A stretch of DNA of 64,000 bases, from assembly GCA_021792555.1 (NCBI GenBank), contig JAJYUL010000016.1:1632-65631 (forward strand). The letters run 5' to 3'. The notes beneath the pieces are model-generated. The model saw only the letters and a program-made list of their open reading frames with translations. It ran no database searches and was not told the DNA's origin. Positions 29,801 through 39,321 of this stretch are shown here, in pieces (the stretch's first letter is position 1; the number at the start of each line of letters is the position of its first letter). Made by a program: the position numbers and the translations under genes. The stretch is from Pseudomonadota bacterium (lineage in GTDB: Bacteria > Pseudomonadota > Gammaproteobacteria > Steroidobacterales > Steroidobacteraceae).

Positions 29801-29873
29801 GGGCCTGTAGCACAGCGGTTAGTGCAGGGGACTCATAATCCCTTGGTCGTAGGTTCGAATCCTACCGGGCCCA
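29801..29873 (+). tRNA. tRNA with CAT anticodon, most likely tRNA-Ile2 (lysidine-modified) rather than elongator Met
   Basis: Hand-folded cloverleaf: acceptor GGGCCTG/CGGGCCC, D stem GCAC/GTGC, anticodon stem GGGGA/TCCCT, loop CTCATAA, T arm GTAGG-TTCGAAT-CCTAC. The C4-G69, C5-G68 and G27-U43 pairs resemble E. coli tRNA-Ile2 determinants. CCA is not encoded. Confidence 0.85.
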
Positions 29874-29935
29874 GAGTGCGCCGGCGGCCGGCGCACCGTG
29901 CGCTGCAACCGGAGTGGCTCGAGGGACTATGCGTC

Positions 29936-30444
29936 ATGGCGGCCTACGTCGCGTTGCTTCGCGCAGTCAATGTCGGTGGCAACTCACTGCCGATGGCGGC
30001 CTTGCTCGCACTGTGCCGCTCCGCCGGGTTTGCGCAAGTCCGCACCGACATCGCCTCCGGCAACGCGCTGTTCACGACCCCGCTTCAGGCGCGCAAGGTC
30101 AAACAGACGCTCGAGAGCCGGCTCGCCGAGCATCTGGGCAAGCCAATCGACGTGCACGTGCGCACTGCCGCGGAACTGGCCGCAGTACTCTCGGGGAATC
30201 CCTTCCCGCATGCCCCGCCGAGCCGTAGGTGGCGGTATTTCTGGACAGACCTCCCCCGGCCGACGCGCTCGCGACCGTGCGCGGCCGACGGCGCGAGACG
30301 CTGGCACTCGGCACGTGCGAGATCTATGTGGTATATGCGGACGGCATTCCCGCCTCAAAGCTCGTCATCCCAGCGGCCAGAACGGGCACGGCACGCAACA
30401 TGAACACCGTAGCCGGGCTCGCGGCGCTTGGCGATGCACTGTAG
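29936..30444 (+). pseudogene. DUF1697 family gene interrupted by a frameshift near 30227
   Basis: Frame 1 gives MAAYVALLRAVNVGGNSLPMAALLALCRSAGFAQVRTDIASGNALF...NPFPHAPPSR, then junk. The family-typical C-terminus VAVFLDRPPP...EIYVVYADGIPASKL...TARNMNTV continues in the +2 frame (ORF 30229-30444). Confidence 0.7.
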
Positions 30445-30462
30445 GCCGGTCTGGGAGGCACC

Positions 30463-30882
30463 ATGGCGGGCAAGACAGTCGAGCAATGGCTGAACGAGTA
30501 CTCGCTCTCGCATCAGCACCCGCTCAATCGCGCGCTGCACACCGTGTGCGTGCCGGCCATTCTCTTTGCCATCGTCGCGCTGCTGTGGAACCTGCGGCTC
30601 GGCGGGGTGCGCGCGGCCTACGTGCTGATGGTTCTGGTCGCTCCGTTTTACCTGCGGCTCGGCGCCAAGGCGCTCGCCGTGATGGCCGCGCAGCTGGGGC
30701 TCTGTGTGCTCCTTCTCTATTTCTGGCCGCGCGCCCTGCCGCTGTGGCCCGCGGCCGTCGCGTTATTCGTCGTGGCCTGGATCGGACAGTTCATCGGGCA
30801 CGCCATCGAGGGGCGGCGTCCGAAATTCTTTCAGGACCTCACGTTTCTGCTCATCGGCCCGCTGTGGGTCGTGTTGAAGTGA
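30463..30882 (+). CDS. DUF962 (Mpo1-like) membrane protein
   Basis: HQHPLNRALHTVCVPAI...GQFIGHAIEGRRPKFFQDL. Confidence 0.65.
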   Translation: MAGKTVEQWLNEYSLSHQHPLNRALHTVCVPAILFAIVALLWNLRLGGVRAAYVLMVLVAPFYLRLGAKALAVMAAQLGLCVLLLYFWPRALPLWPAAVALFVVAWIGQFIGHAIEGRRPKFFQDLTFLLIGPLWVVLK

Positions 30883-30931
30883 TTATCATACCGGCAAGGC
30901 ACAGGCTGACGGATCGGCCGGAGGACTCAGC

Positions 30932-31480
30932 ATGGCAGGGCAGACCGATCATCCGCTCGACGGCGGCTGCGACTGCGGCCGCATCCGCTATCGCCTGACG
31001 ACGCGCCCGCTGTTCGTGCACTGCTGCCATTGCCGCTGGTGCCAGCGCGAGAGCGGCGCGGCGTTCGCGCTCAATGCGCTCATCGAGACCGAGCGGGTGG
31101 TCCACCTGCGCGAGGAGCCCGAGATCGTCGACACCCCCTCGCTCAGCGGCGAGGGGCAGCGGATCGCGCGCTGCCCGCAATGCCGCATCGCGCTGTGGAG
31201 CCATTACGCCGGCGCCGGGCCGATCCTGCGCTTCGTGCGGGTCGGCACGCTCGACACCCCCGACCTGCTCCCGCCGGACATCCACATCTTCACGGCCTCG
31301 AAGCAGCCGTGGGTCATCCTGCCCCCGGACACCCCCGCGGTGCCGGAGTACTACGACGCGGCGGCGTATTGGCCCCCCGAGAGCCTGGAGCGCCGTCAGG
31401 CCTTTCTTGCGCAGCTGCGCGCCTACCGGGCGGCCCGCCGGTCCCCGCCTTCCCGCAGCGCCCCGGTCGGCCAGTCCTAG
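30932..31480 (+). CDS. GFA (glutathione-dependent formaldehyde-activating / CENP-V-like) family protein
   Basis: Cys pattern CDCGRIRY...CHCRWCQRESG...CPQC. Confidence 0.75.
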   Translation: MAGQTDHPLDGGCDCGRIRYRLTTRPLFVHCCHCRWCQRESGAAFALNALIETERVVHLREEPEIVDTPSLSGEGQRIARCPQCRIALWSHYAGAGPILRFVRVGTLDTPDLLPPDIHIFTASKQPWVILPPDTPAVPEYYDAAAYWPPESLERRQAFLAQLRAYRAARRSPPSRSAPVGQS

Positions 31481-31578
31481 GCGCCCGGCTGACTCAGCCG
31501 TAGGCTGAGCGGGGATGCCGGACTGCCCTGCAACTTTCCGGCCCGAGCGGTGTTCTTGTCTCAAACGATGATCTACCC

Positions 31579-32163
31579 GTGCAATTGGCAAGCTCAAGGC
31601 CCGATTCTCGAGAGTTCGCTGCGTTCATGCGCGCCTATCAGGACATGGTTTTCTCCACGGCAGTGCGGCTGACCGCAAGCCCCGCGCAAGCCGAGGACAT
31701 CAGCCAGGATGTGTTCCTGAAGGCCTACGAGAATTTCGACCGGCTGCGCGAGAGCCCGACCGCCGGCGGCTGGCTGAAGACCGTCGCCACGAACCTCACG
31801 CTGAACCACCTGACCCGCCACCGCAAGCGCTGGCGGCTGTTCTCGGAGGTGTTCACCGACGAGTCGCGCGAGGAGGACATCGAGGACGCGACCGCCACTC
31901 TGGAGGGGGCGCTGCACCAGCTCGATGAACAGCAGCGCCATGCGCTCCTGGAGCGTGCGCTGCGCGAGCTGCCCGAGCACCAGCGCGTGCCGCTCGTCCT
32001 GTTTCACTTCGAGGAAATGTCCTACCAGGACATCGCCGGGCGTCTCGGCCACTCGCTGGCCAAGATCAAGACCGACATCCTGCGCGGACGCCTTGCCATG
32101 GCCAAGTCGCTCGCCGCGAGCGGACTGGGGCCGACCGATGACCGGAGCTGTGCGCCATCATGA
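31579..32163 (+). CDS. ECF-type RNA polymerase sigma factor
   Basis: Region 2 DISQDVFLKAYENFDRL...WLKTVATNLTLNHLTRHRK and region 4 VPLVLFHFEEMSYQDIAGRLGHSLAKIKTDILRGR. GTG start. Confidence 0.85.
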   Translation: MQLASSRPDSREFAAFMRAYQDMVFSTAVRLTASPAQAEDISQDVFLKAYENFDRLRESPTAGGWLKTVATNLTLNHLTRHRKRWRLFSEVFTDESREEDIEDATATLEGALHQLDEQQRHALLERALRELPEHQRVPLVLFHFEEMSYQDIAGRLGHSLAKIKTDILRGRLAMAKSLAASGLGPTDDRSCAPS

Positions 32164-32648
32164 ATTCCCGTAACCCTCTTCACGAACAGCAGCTGGAGCG
32201 CCTGACGCACCAGGCACTGCGCCAGCTCCCCCCCTGCCACGCGCCGGCCTCGCTGGAGGCGCGCGTGCTGCGCGAGATCGAACTGCGCGCGGCCGCGCAG
32301 CAGCGCGGCATCGGCATCGCCCGCTGGCCGGCGGCCGCGCGCGCGCTGCTCATCGCGGCCTGTGCGCTGTGCGTGCCGCTGGTGTGGATGCTCGTGGCGC
32401 GGCTGCGGGGACACATGTCGCAGGTGCTGGCTGACTCCGGCGTGGCGCACGTGGTCCAGGGCGTGAGCAGCACCAGCCACACGTTCCTCAGCCTCGGGAA
32501 CCTCGCCGCGCGCCTGGCGCACCTGATTCCGCAAGATTGGCTGTTGGGCGGGCTGTTCATTGTCGGCGCGGTGTATGCGGTATTGATCGCGCTCGGCTAT
32601 CTCCTGCTCTCCTCCACCCTGCCGCATTCCAAGGCCCACTCCGCATGA
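32160..32648 (+). CDS. Putative membrane anti-sigma factor
   Basis: ATGA overlap with the sigma gene. Predicted TM segments (ALLIAACALCVPLVWMLV; LLGGLFIVGAVYAVLIALGYLLL). No zinc HxxxCxxC motif. Confidence 0.5.
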   Translation: MNSRNPLHEQQLERLTHQALRQLPPCHAPASLEARVLREIELRAAAQQRGIGIARWPAAARALLIAACALCVPLVWMLVARLRGHMSQVLADSGVAHVVQGVSSTSHTFLSLGNLAARLAHLIPQDWLLGGLFIVGAVYAVLIALGYLLLSSTLPHSKAHSA

Positions 32649-34363
32649 ACAAGCTTACTCGTTGGTTTTTGGCCGCCGCAGTGCTCGCCGGACTGAGCAG
32701 CTGCGCCGCGCCCGCCCAGGCCGGACAGGCCGTGGTGAGCACCTCCGGAGGCGGTGCCACCGTGACGGCGAGTTCCTCCCACGGCACCACCGACGTGCAG
32801 ATCGGCCCAAGCGGCATCAACGTCACCAATGGCTCGAGCCACCTGCGCATCGGCGGCACGGGCAGCGGGATCATCAGCCGATCCCGATCCGTGATCGTGA
32901 TCCACGCGCATCACTCCTGCCCGCACGGCCAGGAAATCGTCGCCATCGGCCACACGGCAAGGCTTGCCGCCGGCAAGAGCGCCTGCGACGTCGTGTCCAT
33001 CTTCGGGAACAGCATAGTCGACGGCGACGTGTCGGATTCGGCCGTGGCGATCATGGGCGACCTGCACGTCACCGGCAGCGTCGGCAACAGCACGGTCAGC
33101 ATCTTCGGCGACTCCGATATCAACGGCCCCGTCGCGGGCAACGCCGTGTCCCTGTTCGGCGACCTGAAGCTCGGACCGAAGGCGCTGATCCAGGGCCAGG
33201 CCGTGTCCATGTTCGGCTCGGAGCATCGTGATCCGGCCGCCGTGGTCCAGGGCGGCACGGTCAACCTGATGTCGGGCATCTTCCACGGCGCGCACGGCCT
33301 GAAGGCCTGGGCGGCGCACTGCCTGATCCTCGGCCGGCTGCTCGCGCCGCGGCTGGACATCGGCTGGGCATGGGGCGTCGCGCTCGGGATCCTGGTGTTC
33401 TACGCGCTGCTCGCCCTGTTGTTCCACGAAGGCGTGCAGCGCTGCATCCAGACGCTCGATGAGCATCCGGGCGCCTCGATTCTGGCCGCGCTCGCCACGG
33501 TGCTGCTGACGCCGATTCTGATGCTGGCCCTCGTGGTCACCCTCGTCGGCATCTTCGCCATTCCGCTGCTCTGGCTGGCGCTGCTCGGCGCCGCGGTCTT
33601 CGGCCGCGTGGTCGCGCTCGGCTGGCTGGGCAGCCGCATCCTGCGCGGCATGCGCAGCGGCGTGACCCATCCGGCGCTGTACGTGCTGCTCGGCGGCGCG
33701 GTGGCGCTGGCGCTGTACATGGTTCCGGTGGTGGGCTTCATCGTTTACGCGCTGATCGGCCTGCTCGGCTTCGGCGCGGTGCTCTACAGCCTGCTGCTCG
33801 CCATGCGCGCGGCGCGCGGCGGAACGCCGCCCGGGGCGGCCGCCGGCGGCTTCACCGCACCGGGCGAGCCGGGCGCGGCCGCGGGCCCCGACGCGGCGGC
33901 CGCCTCGGCAGGCGACATGACCGGGACGGCAGGGCCGGCGGGCGCCGCCCCGGCGGCGCCCGAGGCGCCCGTGGATTTCACTACGCTGCCGCGTGCGGGC
34001 TTCTGGATCCGCATGCTCGCGCTGCTGATCGATGTGGTGTTGGTCGCCTTCGCGCTCAGCATGATCGAGCATCACGGCACCGACGGCATGCTGCTGGTGC
34101 TGGCCGCATACGGGGCCATCATGTGGAAGCTGCGCGGCACGACCGTCGGCGGGATCATCTGTCATCTGCGGGTCGTGCGCATCGACGGCCAGCCGATCAA
34201 CTGGGAGACCGCCATCCTGCGCGCGCTCGGCTGCTTCCTGTCGCTGGTGGCCGCCGGACTCGGATTCTTCTGGATTGCGTTCGATCGGGAACGGCAGGGG
34301 TGGCACGACAAGATCGCCGGCACCGTCGTGGTGCTGGTGCCCAAGGCTAGGGGGTTGGTCTGA
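32645..34363 (+). CDS. Multidomain membrane protein: signal peptide, bactofilin-like beta-helical repeats, polytopic region, Pro/Ala linker, C-terminal RDD domain
   Basis: MNKLTRWFLAAAVLAGLSSCAAPAQA. About 19-aa repeats VSIFGNSIVDGDV / VAIMGDLHVTGSV / VSIFGDSDINGPV / VSLFGDLKLGP / VSMFGS. C-terminal RAGFWIRMLALLIDVV...WHDKIAGTVVV is typical of RDD. Confidence 0.75.
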   Translation: MNKLTRWFLAAAVLAGLSSCAAPAQAGQAVVSTSGGGATVTASSSHGTTDVQIGPSGINVTNGSSHLRIGGTGSGIISRSRSVIVIHAHHSCPHGQEIVAIGHTARLAAGKSACDVVSIFGNSIVDGDVSDSAVAIMGDLHVTGSVGNSTVSIFGDSDINGPVAGNAVSLFGDLKLGPKALIQGQAVSMFGSEHRDPAAVVQGGTVNLMSGIFHGAHGLKAWAAHCLILGRLLAPRLDIGWAWGVALGILVFYALLALLFHEGVQRCIQTLDEHPGASILAALATVLLTPILMLALVVTLVGIFAIPLLWLALLGAAVFGRVVALGWLGSRILRGMRSGVTHPALYVLLGGAVALALYMVPVVGFIVYALIGLLGFGAVLYSLLLAMRAARGGTPPGAAAGGFTAPGEPGAAAGPDAAAASAGDMTGTAGPAGAAPAAPEAPVDFTTLPRAGFWIRMLALLIDVVLVAFALSMIEHHGTDGMLLVLAAYGAIMWKLRGTTVGGIICHLRVVRIDGQPINWETAILRALGCFLSLVAAGLGFFWIAFDRERQGWHDKIAGTVVVLVPKARGLV

Positions 34364-34364
34364 C

Positions 34365-35630
34365 ATGAACGCTTCGTTCGAGCAAGAGACAGGAGCCATG
34401 CTCGCGTCGCCGGCAGCGGCGACGGCATCCACGGAGTCGACCGAATCGGCCACGTGGGCCGGCCGGGAAGCCGCGGCGCCGGACAGCGACGTCACGGTGC
34501 CGACGCGGCGCGGCGCGCTGCGCAGGCGCTGGCTGGTCGCGGGCGCCGTGGGGCTCGCGCTGTTGGCAGGCATCGCAGTATGGCGGCACGTGATGGACAA
34601 ACCGGCCGCACGGGTGCCGCTCGCCGATCAGCCCAACGTGCCGCTCGTGAGCACGCTGGTCCCGGGCGTGCAGCCGGTCAACACGCAGATCATGGTAACC
34701 GGCACCATTGCCGCCCGCCACGACCTGCCGATCGGCGACGGCGGACAGGCGGGGCGCATCGTCAGGGTCTACGTGCAGGTGGGCGATTGGGTCAGACGCG
34801 GCCAGATCCTCGCGCAGCTCGATGACTCGGTGCTCAAGCCTCAGGTCGCCCAGCTTGCCGCCTCCCTCGCCAAGGCGCACGCGCAGGCGACGCTGTCCGC
34901 CGCGGAGTACCGGCGGGCGCTCGCCATCGGTCCGGCCGGCGGGCTGTCACAGCAGAACATCGAGCAGACGCAGGCGACGGCCGCGATGGATGCGGCCAAC
35001 GTGCGCATGGTCGCGGCGCAATTGCAGCAGAAGCGGGCTCAACTGGCCCTGACACGCATCGTCGCTCCGGTCTCCGGCATCGTCCTGACGCGCAGCGCCG
35101 AGGTCGGCCAAGTCGCCAGCCCCGGCGGTCCGGCCTTGTTCACGCTCGAGGACGCCGGCCGGGTCGAGCTGCAGGGTCAGGTGCCCGAGCAGGACCTGGC
35201 TTCGCTCAAAGTCGGCCAGCCCGCCGAGGTCTACCTGATCGGCTATCCGCAGCCGTTCACGGGCCACATCTGGCTGCTCGGGGCGACCATCAGCACCCAG
35301 ACGCGCCTCGGCCAGGTCCGCATCGCGCTCGATCCGAACCCCGCGCTGCGCCCCGGCGCCTTCGCGCGCGCGGTGATCATCGAAAGCCACGCCGAGCGGC
35401 CCGTGGTGCCGCAAACCGCCGTGCTGACCAATTCGGCCGGATCATACGTCTTCATCGTCAACCACAAGAACATTGCCGTGCAACGGCGGGTGCAGCTCGG
35501 CGGGGTCATCGCCTCGGGCGTCGTCATCGCCGGGGGGTTGACCGGACGGGAGCGCGTAGTGACCCTCGCGGGCGGGTTCCTGCAGAACGGCGAAGCCGTG
35601 CGGGTCGCCGCGGCGAGGGCGCGCACATGA
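34365..35630 (+). CDS. RND efflux periplasmic adaptor (membrane fusion protein)
   Basis: HlyD_D23-like: GRIVRVYVQVGDWVRRGQILAQLDD...IVAPVSGIVLTRSAEVGQ. Confidence 0.85.
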   Translation: MNASFEQETGAMLASPAAATASTESTESATWAGREAAAPDSDVTVPTRRGALRRRWLVAGAVGLALLAGIAVWRHVMDKPAARVPLADQPNVPLVSTLVPGVQPVNTQIMVTGTIAARHDLPIGDGGQAGRIVRVYVQVGDWVRRGQILAQLDDSVLKPQVAQLAASLAKAHAQATLSAAEYRRALAIGPAGGLSQQNIEQTQATAAMDAANVRMVAAQLQQKRAQLALTRIVAPVSGIVLTRSAEVGQVASPGGPALFTLEDAGRVELQGQVPEQDLASLKVGQPAEVYLIGYPQPFTGHIWLLGATISTQTRLGQVRIALDPNPALRPGAFARAVIIESHAERPVVPQTAVLTNSAGSYVFIVNHKNIAVQRRVQLGGVIASGVVIAGGLTGRERVVTLAGGFLQNGEAVRVAAARART

Positions 35631-38600
35631 GACGCCTGTCGGCCTGGGCCATTCGCCACCCGCTGCCCCCGCTCGTACTGTTCGTGGTGCTGCTGTTCGT
35701 CGGCGTCACGGCCTTCATGCGGCTGCCGGTGACACACAACCCCCATATCTCCTATCCCATCGTGTCGGTGGTGGTGGCCGAGCCGGGCGCGGCGCCGGAG
35801 GAAGTGCAGATTCAGATCGTGCGCCGGATCGAGGCGGCGGTGGCCGGCATCGGCAACATCCACCGCATCGTCTCCGATGCCTACGAGGGGGGCGAGGAGA
35901 CCGACATCGAATTCCAGATCGGCACTCCGATCGATCGCGCCGTGACCGAAGTGCGCGATGCAGTGACCCAGGTCCAGCCCGACCTGCCGAGCGACATCCT
36001 GCCGCCGGTGGTGCAGCGGGTCAAAGTCGGCAACGGCGGGCCGATCGTCTATTACGCGGTCAGCTCGACGAACATGAGCGACCGGGCGATATCCTGGTTC
36101 ATCGACAACACCGTCACCAAGACGCTGCTCAGAGTTCCAGGGGTGGCCCAGGTCTCCCGCTACGGCGGCGTGAGCCGTGAGATCCGCGTCGAGCTCGATC
36201 CGGCGCGCATGCAAGCCCTCGGCATCACCGCCTCGCAGGTCAACCAGCAGCTGGCCAACCTCAACATCGATCTGCCCGGCGGCCGGGCCGATCTCGGGGA
36301 CGGCGAGCAGACCATCCGCGTGCTCGGCAACGCGCACACCGCCTGGCAACTGGCGCAGACGCAGATCGCGCTCCCCGGCGGCCGCTTCGCGAAGCTCGGC
36401 AGCATCGCCACCGTGCGCGATGGCGCCGCGGAGGTGCGCAGCCTCGAGCTGTACAACGGGCGCCCGGCCATCTCCTTCGGGGTGGAGCGCGCTCCGGACA
36501 CCTCCGACGTCTCGGTGCTGCACGGCGTGCAGCACGCTCTGGCGAAGATCCGCAAGGAATACCCCAACGTCGACATCAATCGCACGTTCACCACGGTCAC
36601 CTACACCGAGCATGAGTACCATTCGGCGCTCGAGGCGCTGATCGAGGGCTCGATCCTCTCGGTGCTGGTGGTTTGGCTCTTCCTGCGCGATACGCGCGCG
36701 ACGCTGATCGCGGCGCTGGCGATCCCGCTGTCTGCGATCCCGACGTTCGCGTTCATGGAGCTGATGGGCTTCACGCTCAATACGATCAGCTTGCTCGCCC
36801 TGTCGATGGTCTCGGGCGTGCTCGTCGACGATGCCATCGTGGAAATCGAGAACATCGTGCGCCATAAGCGCATGGGCAAGAGCGCCTTCCAGGCGGCGCT
36901 CGATGCGGCCGATCAGATCGCCCTCGCGGTGGTCGCCACCTCGTGCACCATCATCGCGGTGTTCGTGCCGGTGAGCTTCATGAGCGGCATCATAGGCCAG
37001 TACTTCAGGCAGTTCGGCCTGACGGTCGCCGCCGCCGTATTCTTCTCGCTGCTGGTCGCCCGCATGCTGACGCCGGTCATCGCCGCCTACACCCTCAAGT
37101 CCGCGCCGGAGCCGGAGCCGGAGCATCGTGACGGACCGGTCATGGCGTGGTACCTGCGAGTCCTCAATTGGTGCGTGCACCATCGCTGGAAGACCATCGG
37201 GCTCGGCGTGCTGTTCTTTGCGGTCTCCCTGCTCGGCCTAGCGATGTTGCCGAAGACGTTCATCGAGCAGTCCGATTCCAGCTCCGCATCGCTCTCCATC
37301 GAGCTGCCGCCCGGCGTACAGCTCGCCGATACCGAGCGGGTGGCCAACGCTGCCTACCGCATCCTCGCCCGGCAGAAGGACGTGACGGCCATCGACGAGT
37401 CGGTCGGCGGCAACGGCAGCGTGCGCGGCGCGAATCTCTTCATCACTCTGGTGCCTCCGAGCGAGCGCAAGCTGACCCAGGAGCAGTGGCAGAACCGCAT
37501 GCTCGCCAAGCTGCGTTCGATCCCCAACGCGCAGATGTATTTCCAGAACTTCAACGGCGACAGCAATGGCCACGACATCACCATCGATTTGACCGGGGAC
37601 AACCTGAAGCTGCTCGAGCACACGGCCCGCAGGGTCCTGGCGCGTATGACGCTGCTGCCCAGTCTGCGCGACGTCAGCTCTGCGGACGACCTGCCGCGCC
37701 CGGAGATCCGCATCCGTCCGCGCTTCGACCTCGCCGCCGAGCTCGGCGTCACCGTCGCCGACATCAGTCAGACCATCCGCATCGCCACGATCGGCGATCT
37801 GCTGCAGAACGACGCGAAATTCACCCTGCCGGACCGGCAGGTGCCGATCCTGGTGAATCTGAAGCGTTCGGCGCGCAGCAATTTGACGACGCTGGAGAAC
37901 CTGCCCGTGCCGACCACCAGCGGCGGCACTGTGCCGCTGAAGTCGGTCGCCGCCTTCAGCTTCGGCGAGGGCCCGACGCAGATCCACAGCCGCGATCAGC
38001 GCCTGCGCATCGCAATCAATGCCGATCTGAGGAGCGGCGTGCAGCTCGGCGAGGCGATGAAGCAGATCCACGGGCTGGCGCTGCTGAAGCACCTGCCACC
38101 CGGGGTGCACCTGGCCGACACCGGCAATGCGCGCCTGATGTCGGAATTGTTCAGCGACTTCCTGGTCGCGATGGGCACGGGCATCCTGATGGTGTTCGCG
38201 GTGCTGGTGCTGTTGTTCGCACGGGTTCTGCAGCCGATCACGATTCTCTCGGCATTGCCGCTGTCGATCGGGGGAGCCGTGGCGGCGCTCTACGCCACCG
38301 ACAACCCGCTGTCCCTCGGTGTCATGATCGGCTTTCTGATGCTGATGGGCATCGTGGCCAAGAACTCGATCCTGCTGGTCGACTTCGCCATCGAGGAGAT
38401 GCGCGCCGGCAAGGATCGCTTGACCGCGCTGCTCGAGGCCGGCCACAAGCGCGCGCGGCCCATCGTCATGACGACCATCGCCATGGTGGCCGGCATGCTG
38501 CCGGTGGCGCTCGCGACCAGCGACACGTTCCGCTCGCCGATGGCGATCGCGGTGATCGGCGGTCTGATCGCCTCCACCGCGCTGACGCTCGTGGTCGTGC

Positions 38601-38722
38601 CGGCCGGCTTCACCCTCGTCGATGACATCGAGCGCTGGGTCGGACCGAAGATCGCGCGGGTCGTGATCGCCGAACCGCACGGTCCGGCGGTCGCGCCCAC
38701 GCAGGCCCGACAGCCCGGATGA
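35627..38722 (+). CDS. RND efflux transporter permease (AcrB/HAE1-like)
   Basis: 1031 aa with the typical 12-TM/large-loop layout. AIRHPLPPLVLFVVLLFVG...LSMVSGVLVDDAIVEIENI... Confidence 0.9.
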   Translation: MRRLSAWAIRHPLPPLVLFVVLLFVGVTAFMRLPVTHNPHISYPIVSVVVAEPGAAPEEVQIQIVRRIEAAVAGIGNIHRIVSDAYEGGEETDIEFQIGTPIDRAVTEVRDAVTQVQPDLPSDILPPVVQRVKVGNGGPIVYYAVSSTNMSDRAISWFIDNTVTKTLLRVPGVAQVSRYGGVSREIRVELDPARMQALGITASQVNQQLANLNIDLPGGRADLGDGEQTIRVLGNAHTAWQLAQTQIALPGGRFAKLGSIATVRDGAAEVRSLELYNGRPAISFGVERAPDTSDVSVLHGVQHALAKIRKEYPNVDINRTFTTVTYTEHEYHSALEALIEGSILSVLVVWLFLRDTRATLIAALAIPLSAIPTFAFMELMGFTLNTISLLALSMVSGVLVDDAIVEIENIVRHKRMGKSAFQAALDAADQIALAVVATSCTIIAVFVPVSFMSGIIGQYFRQFGLTVAAAVFFSLLVARMLTPVIAAYTLKSAPEPEPEHRDGPVMAWYLRVLNWCVHHRWKTIGLGVLFFAVSLLGLAMLPKTFIEQSDSSSASLSIELPPGVQLADTERVANAAYRILARQKDVTAIDESVGGNGSVRGANLFITLVPPSERKLTQEQWQNRMLAKLRSIPNAQMYFQNFNGDSNGHDITIDLTGDNLKLLEHTARRVLARMTLLPSLRDVSSADDLPRPEIRIRPRFDLAAELGVTVADISQTIRIATIGDLLQNDAKFTLPDRQVPILVNLKRSARSNLTTLENLPVPTTSGGTVPLKSVAAFSFGEGPTQIHSRDQRLRIAINADLRSGVQLGEAMKQIHGLALLKHLPPGVHLADTGNARLMSELFSDFLVAMGTGILMVFAVLVLLFARVLQPITILSALPLSIGGAVAALYATDNPLSLGVMIGFLMLMGIVAKNSILLVDFAIEEMRAGKDRLTALLEAGHKRARPIVMTTIAMVAGMLPVALATSDTFRSPMAIAVIGGLIASTALTLVVVPAGFTLVDDIERWVGPKIARVVIAEPHGPAVAPTQARQPG

Positions 38723-38748
38723 TCGTGCCGCAAGCGGAGGTTGCGAAC

Positions 38749-39303
38749 ATGAAGCGTAGATTGCCTGTGGGGATCCTGGTCGCGGGCGCTCTTGCGCTCG
38801 GCGCGCTCGCCGCCTGCACATCGCACCTCAACGGCAGCGGCCATGGCACGCTCGCGATCGCGGGGCACGAAGTGCGCATCACGGTGCCCGGTGCTCCGAA
38901 GGCCTATGTGCAAAGCGGCGGCGGCCTGGTGATCGGCGGGCGGATGGTGCCGCTGACCCCGGCCGAGCAGACTCACGCGCGCCTCTATTACCAGTACGCG
39001 CGCGGGATCGTCGCGGCCGGCGAAGCTACCGGAGAGGCGGGCGGTAAGCTCGGCGCTGCCGTCGTCGGCTCGCTGTTCTCGGCGCTCTGGCACGACAACT
39101 CGGCCATCGTCAATCGCACGGCGCAGGCGGGTGCGGCGAAAGTCCGGGCGCACGTTCAAACCCTGTGCGCACAGCTGGCGGGGCTCGAGACCGAGCAGAA
39201 CGCGCTCGCCGCGGCGCTGCCGGCGTTCGCCCGCTATCGGGTGATTCGCCAGAGCGACGTGGCCCAATGCATCAAGGGCGCCGAACGGCACGCCGCCCGC
39301 TAG
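38749..39303 (+). CDS. Lipoprotein of unknown function
   Basis: MKRRLPVGILVAGALALGALAAC lipobox. GGAGG lies 8 nt upstream. An alternative ATGA-overlap start is at 38719. Confidence 0.6.
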   Translation: MKRRLPVGILVAGALALGALAACTSHLNGSGHGTLAIAGHEVRITVPGAPKAYVQSGGGLVIGGRMVPLTPAEQTHARLYYQYARGIVAAGEATGEAGGKLGAAVVGSLFSALWHDNSAIVNRTAQAGAAKVRAHVQTLCAQLAGLETEQNALAAALPAFARYRVIRQSDVAQCIKGAERHAAR

Positions 39304-39321
39304 AGCTAGCGCGGCCATGGG

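Noticed and set aside
31532-31565. ECF-type promoter upstream of the ECF sigma gene (AACTT ... TCTCA)
   Set aside because: The spacing to any TCT/CGT -10-like element is 17 or 22 nt, with only partial matches. This is too ambiguous to call as a feature.
32597-34600. 667-aa minus-strand ORF opposite the RDD-domain gene
   Set aside because: Antisense shadow ORF with Arg/His/Gly-rich low-complexity sequence. The plus-strand gene has a signal peptide, TM helices and an RDD domain, and is translationally coupled to its neighbours.
35243-38821. 646-aa and 527-aa minus-strand ORFs opposite the RND pump
   Set aside because: Antisense shadow ORFs. The plus-strand AcrB-like gene is unambiguous.
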